Below, one piece after another: positions 63,276-64,000 of a stretch of 64,000 nucleotides of DNA; position 1 is the stretch's first letter, and each line of letters begins with the position of its first letter. The notes under the pieces are model-generated. The model saw only the letters and a list, made by a program, of their open reading frames with translations. It made no database searches and was not told the origin of the DNA. The position numbers and the translations under genes are program-made. The stretch is from Eledone cirrhosa (taxonomy: Eukaryota): the NCBI GenBank assembly GCA_964016885.1, contig OZ024741.1, positions 154,876,001-154,940,000 of the forward strand, in the 5' to 3' direction.

Positions 63276-64000
63276 ATTATTATTATTATTGTTATGGCAG
63301 TGTTGGTAGAGCATCAGATAAAATGTTTGTGGTAATTGGTTATGATGTTTTATGTTCTGAGTTCAAATCCTGCTAACTTCAGTTTCGCCTTTCATCCTTC
63401 CAGGCTCAATAAAATAAATTACCTGTAAAGTACCTGGGTCAATATAATTGATCTTTCCTTTTCCTTCAAATTGATGGTCTTGTGCCAAAATTAAAAACCA
63501 TTATTATTATTTGAAGAAAAAAAATAAAAGAAGGAAGAATAAGAAATGAAATAAAAGTAGAGCGAGGATGGAAAGAAAGAAAGATGGAAAGAATGGAGAA
63601 AAAAAAAATCAAAGAAAATGAAAATAGATATAAAGAAAGAGAAGGGGAATTAGTAAGATGGCCATGGGCAATGAATTTGTCTTGAAGTAAGCAAGGAATG
63701 AGATGTAGAATGCCTCATAGACAATAGGGAATCAATCTTTGGAAAATACTGAAGATTTCACAAGTGTTAGAATCCTAGCAAACAAACTGGAATTTAAAAA
63801 GAAAAAGTGATATGAAAACTTCATACAATTTATGCTAGAAGGTATGATTGTAATAATGGTTTCTGATTTTAGCACAAGGCTAACAACTTTGGGGGAGGGG
63901 AAAGTCGATTAAATCAACCCCAGTGTGTTTCTGGTATTTTATTTTATTGACCCCGTAAGGATAAAAGGCAAAGCTAACCAAGGTAGCATTTAAACACACA

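Overview
AT-rich, repeat-saturated animal DNA, probably intronic or intergenic. A coleoid cephalopod (Octopus-like) origin is my inference from the (TA)n/(CA)n/(CATA)n microsatellites, tRNA-head SINEs with RTE-type tails and the LINE mix. No host protein-coding gene can be supported. Recognisable ORFs are transposon relics: RTE, R4/Dong-like and Hero-like RLE, CR1 and L1/Tx1 LINEs, Penelope-like elements (PLEs), Gypsy integrase, Helitron and hAT. The main signal is about 18 type-I hammerhead-ribozyme (HHR)-like motifs in about 10 sequence families, read by eye. Most lie near the outer ends of inverted-repeat (foldback) elements inserted in (TA)n tracts, and 11 cluster at 29.4-40.8 kb. Two foldbacks retain PLE coding sequence (RT+GIY-YIG in a 6 kb palindrome; endonuclease C-terminus in a 2 kb one). 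The others lack recognisable coding sequence, and several have non-canonical cores or very long stem II inserts. Coordinates and folds are manual; no searches were run.
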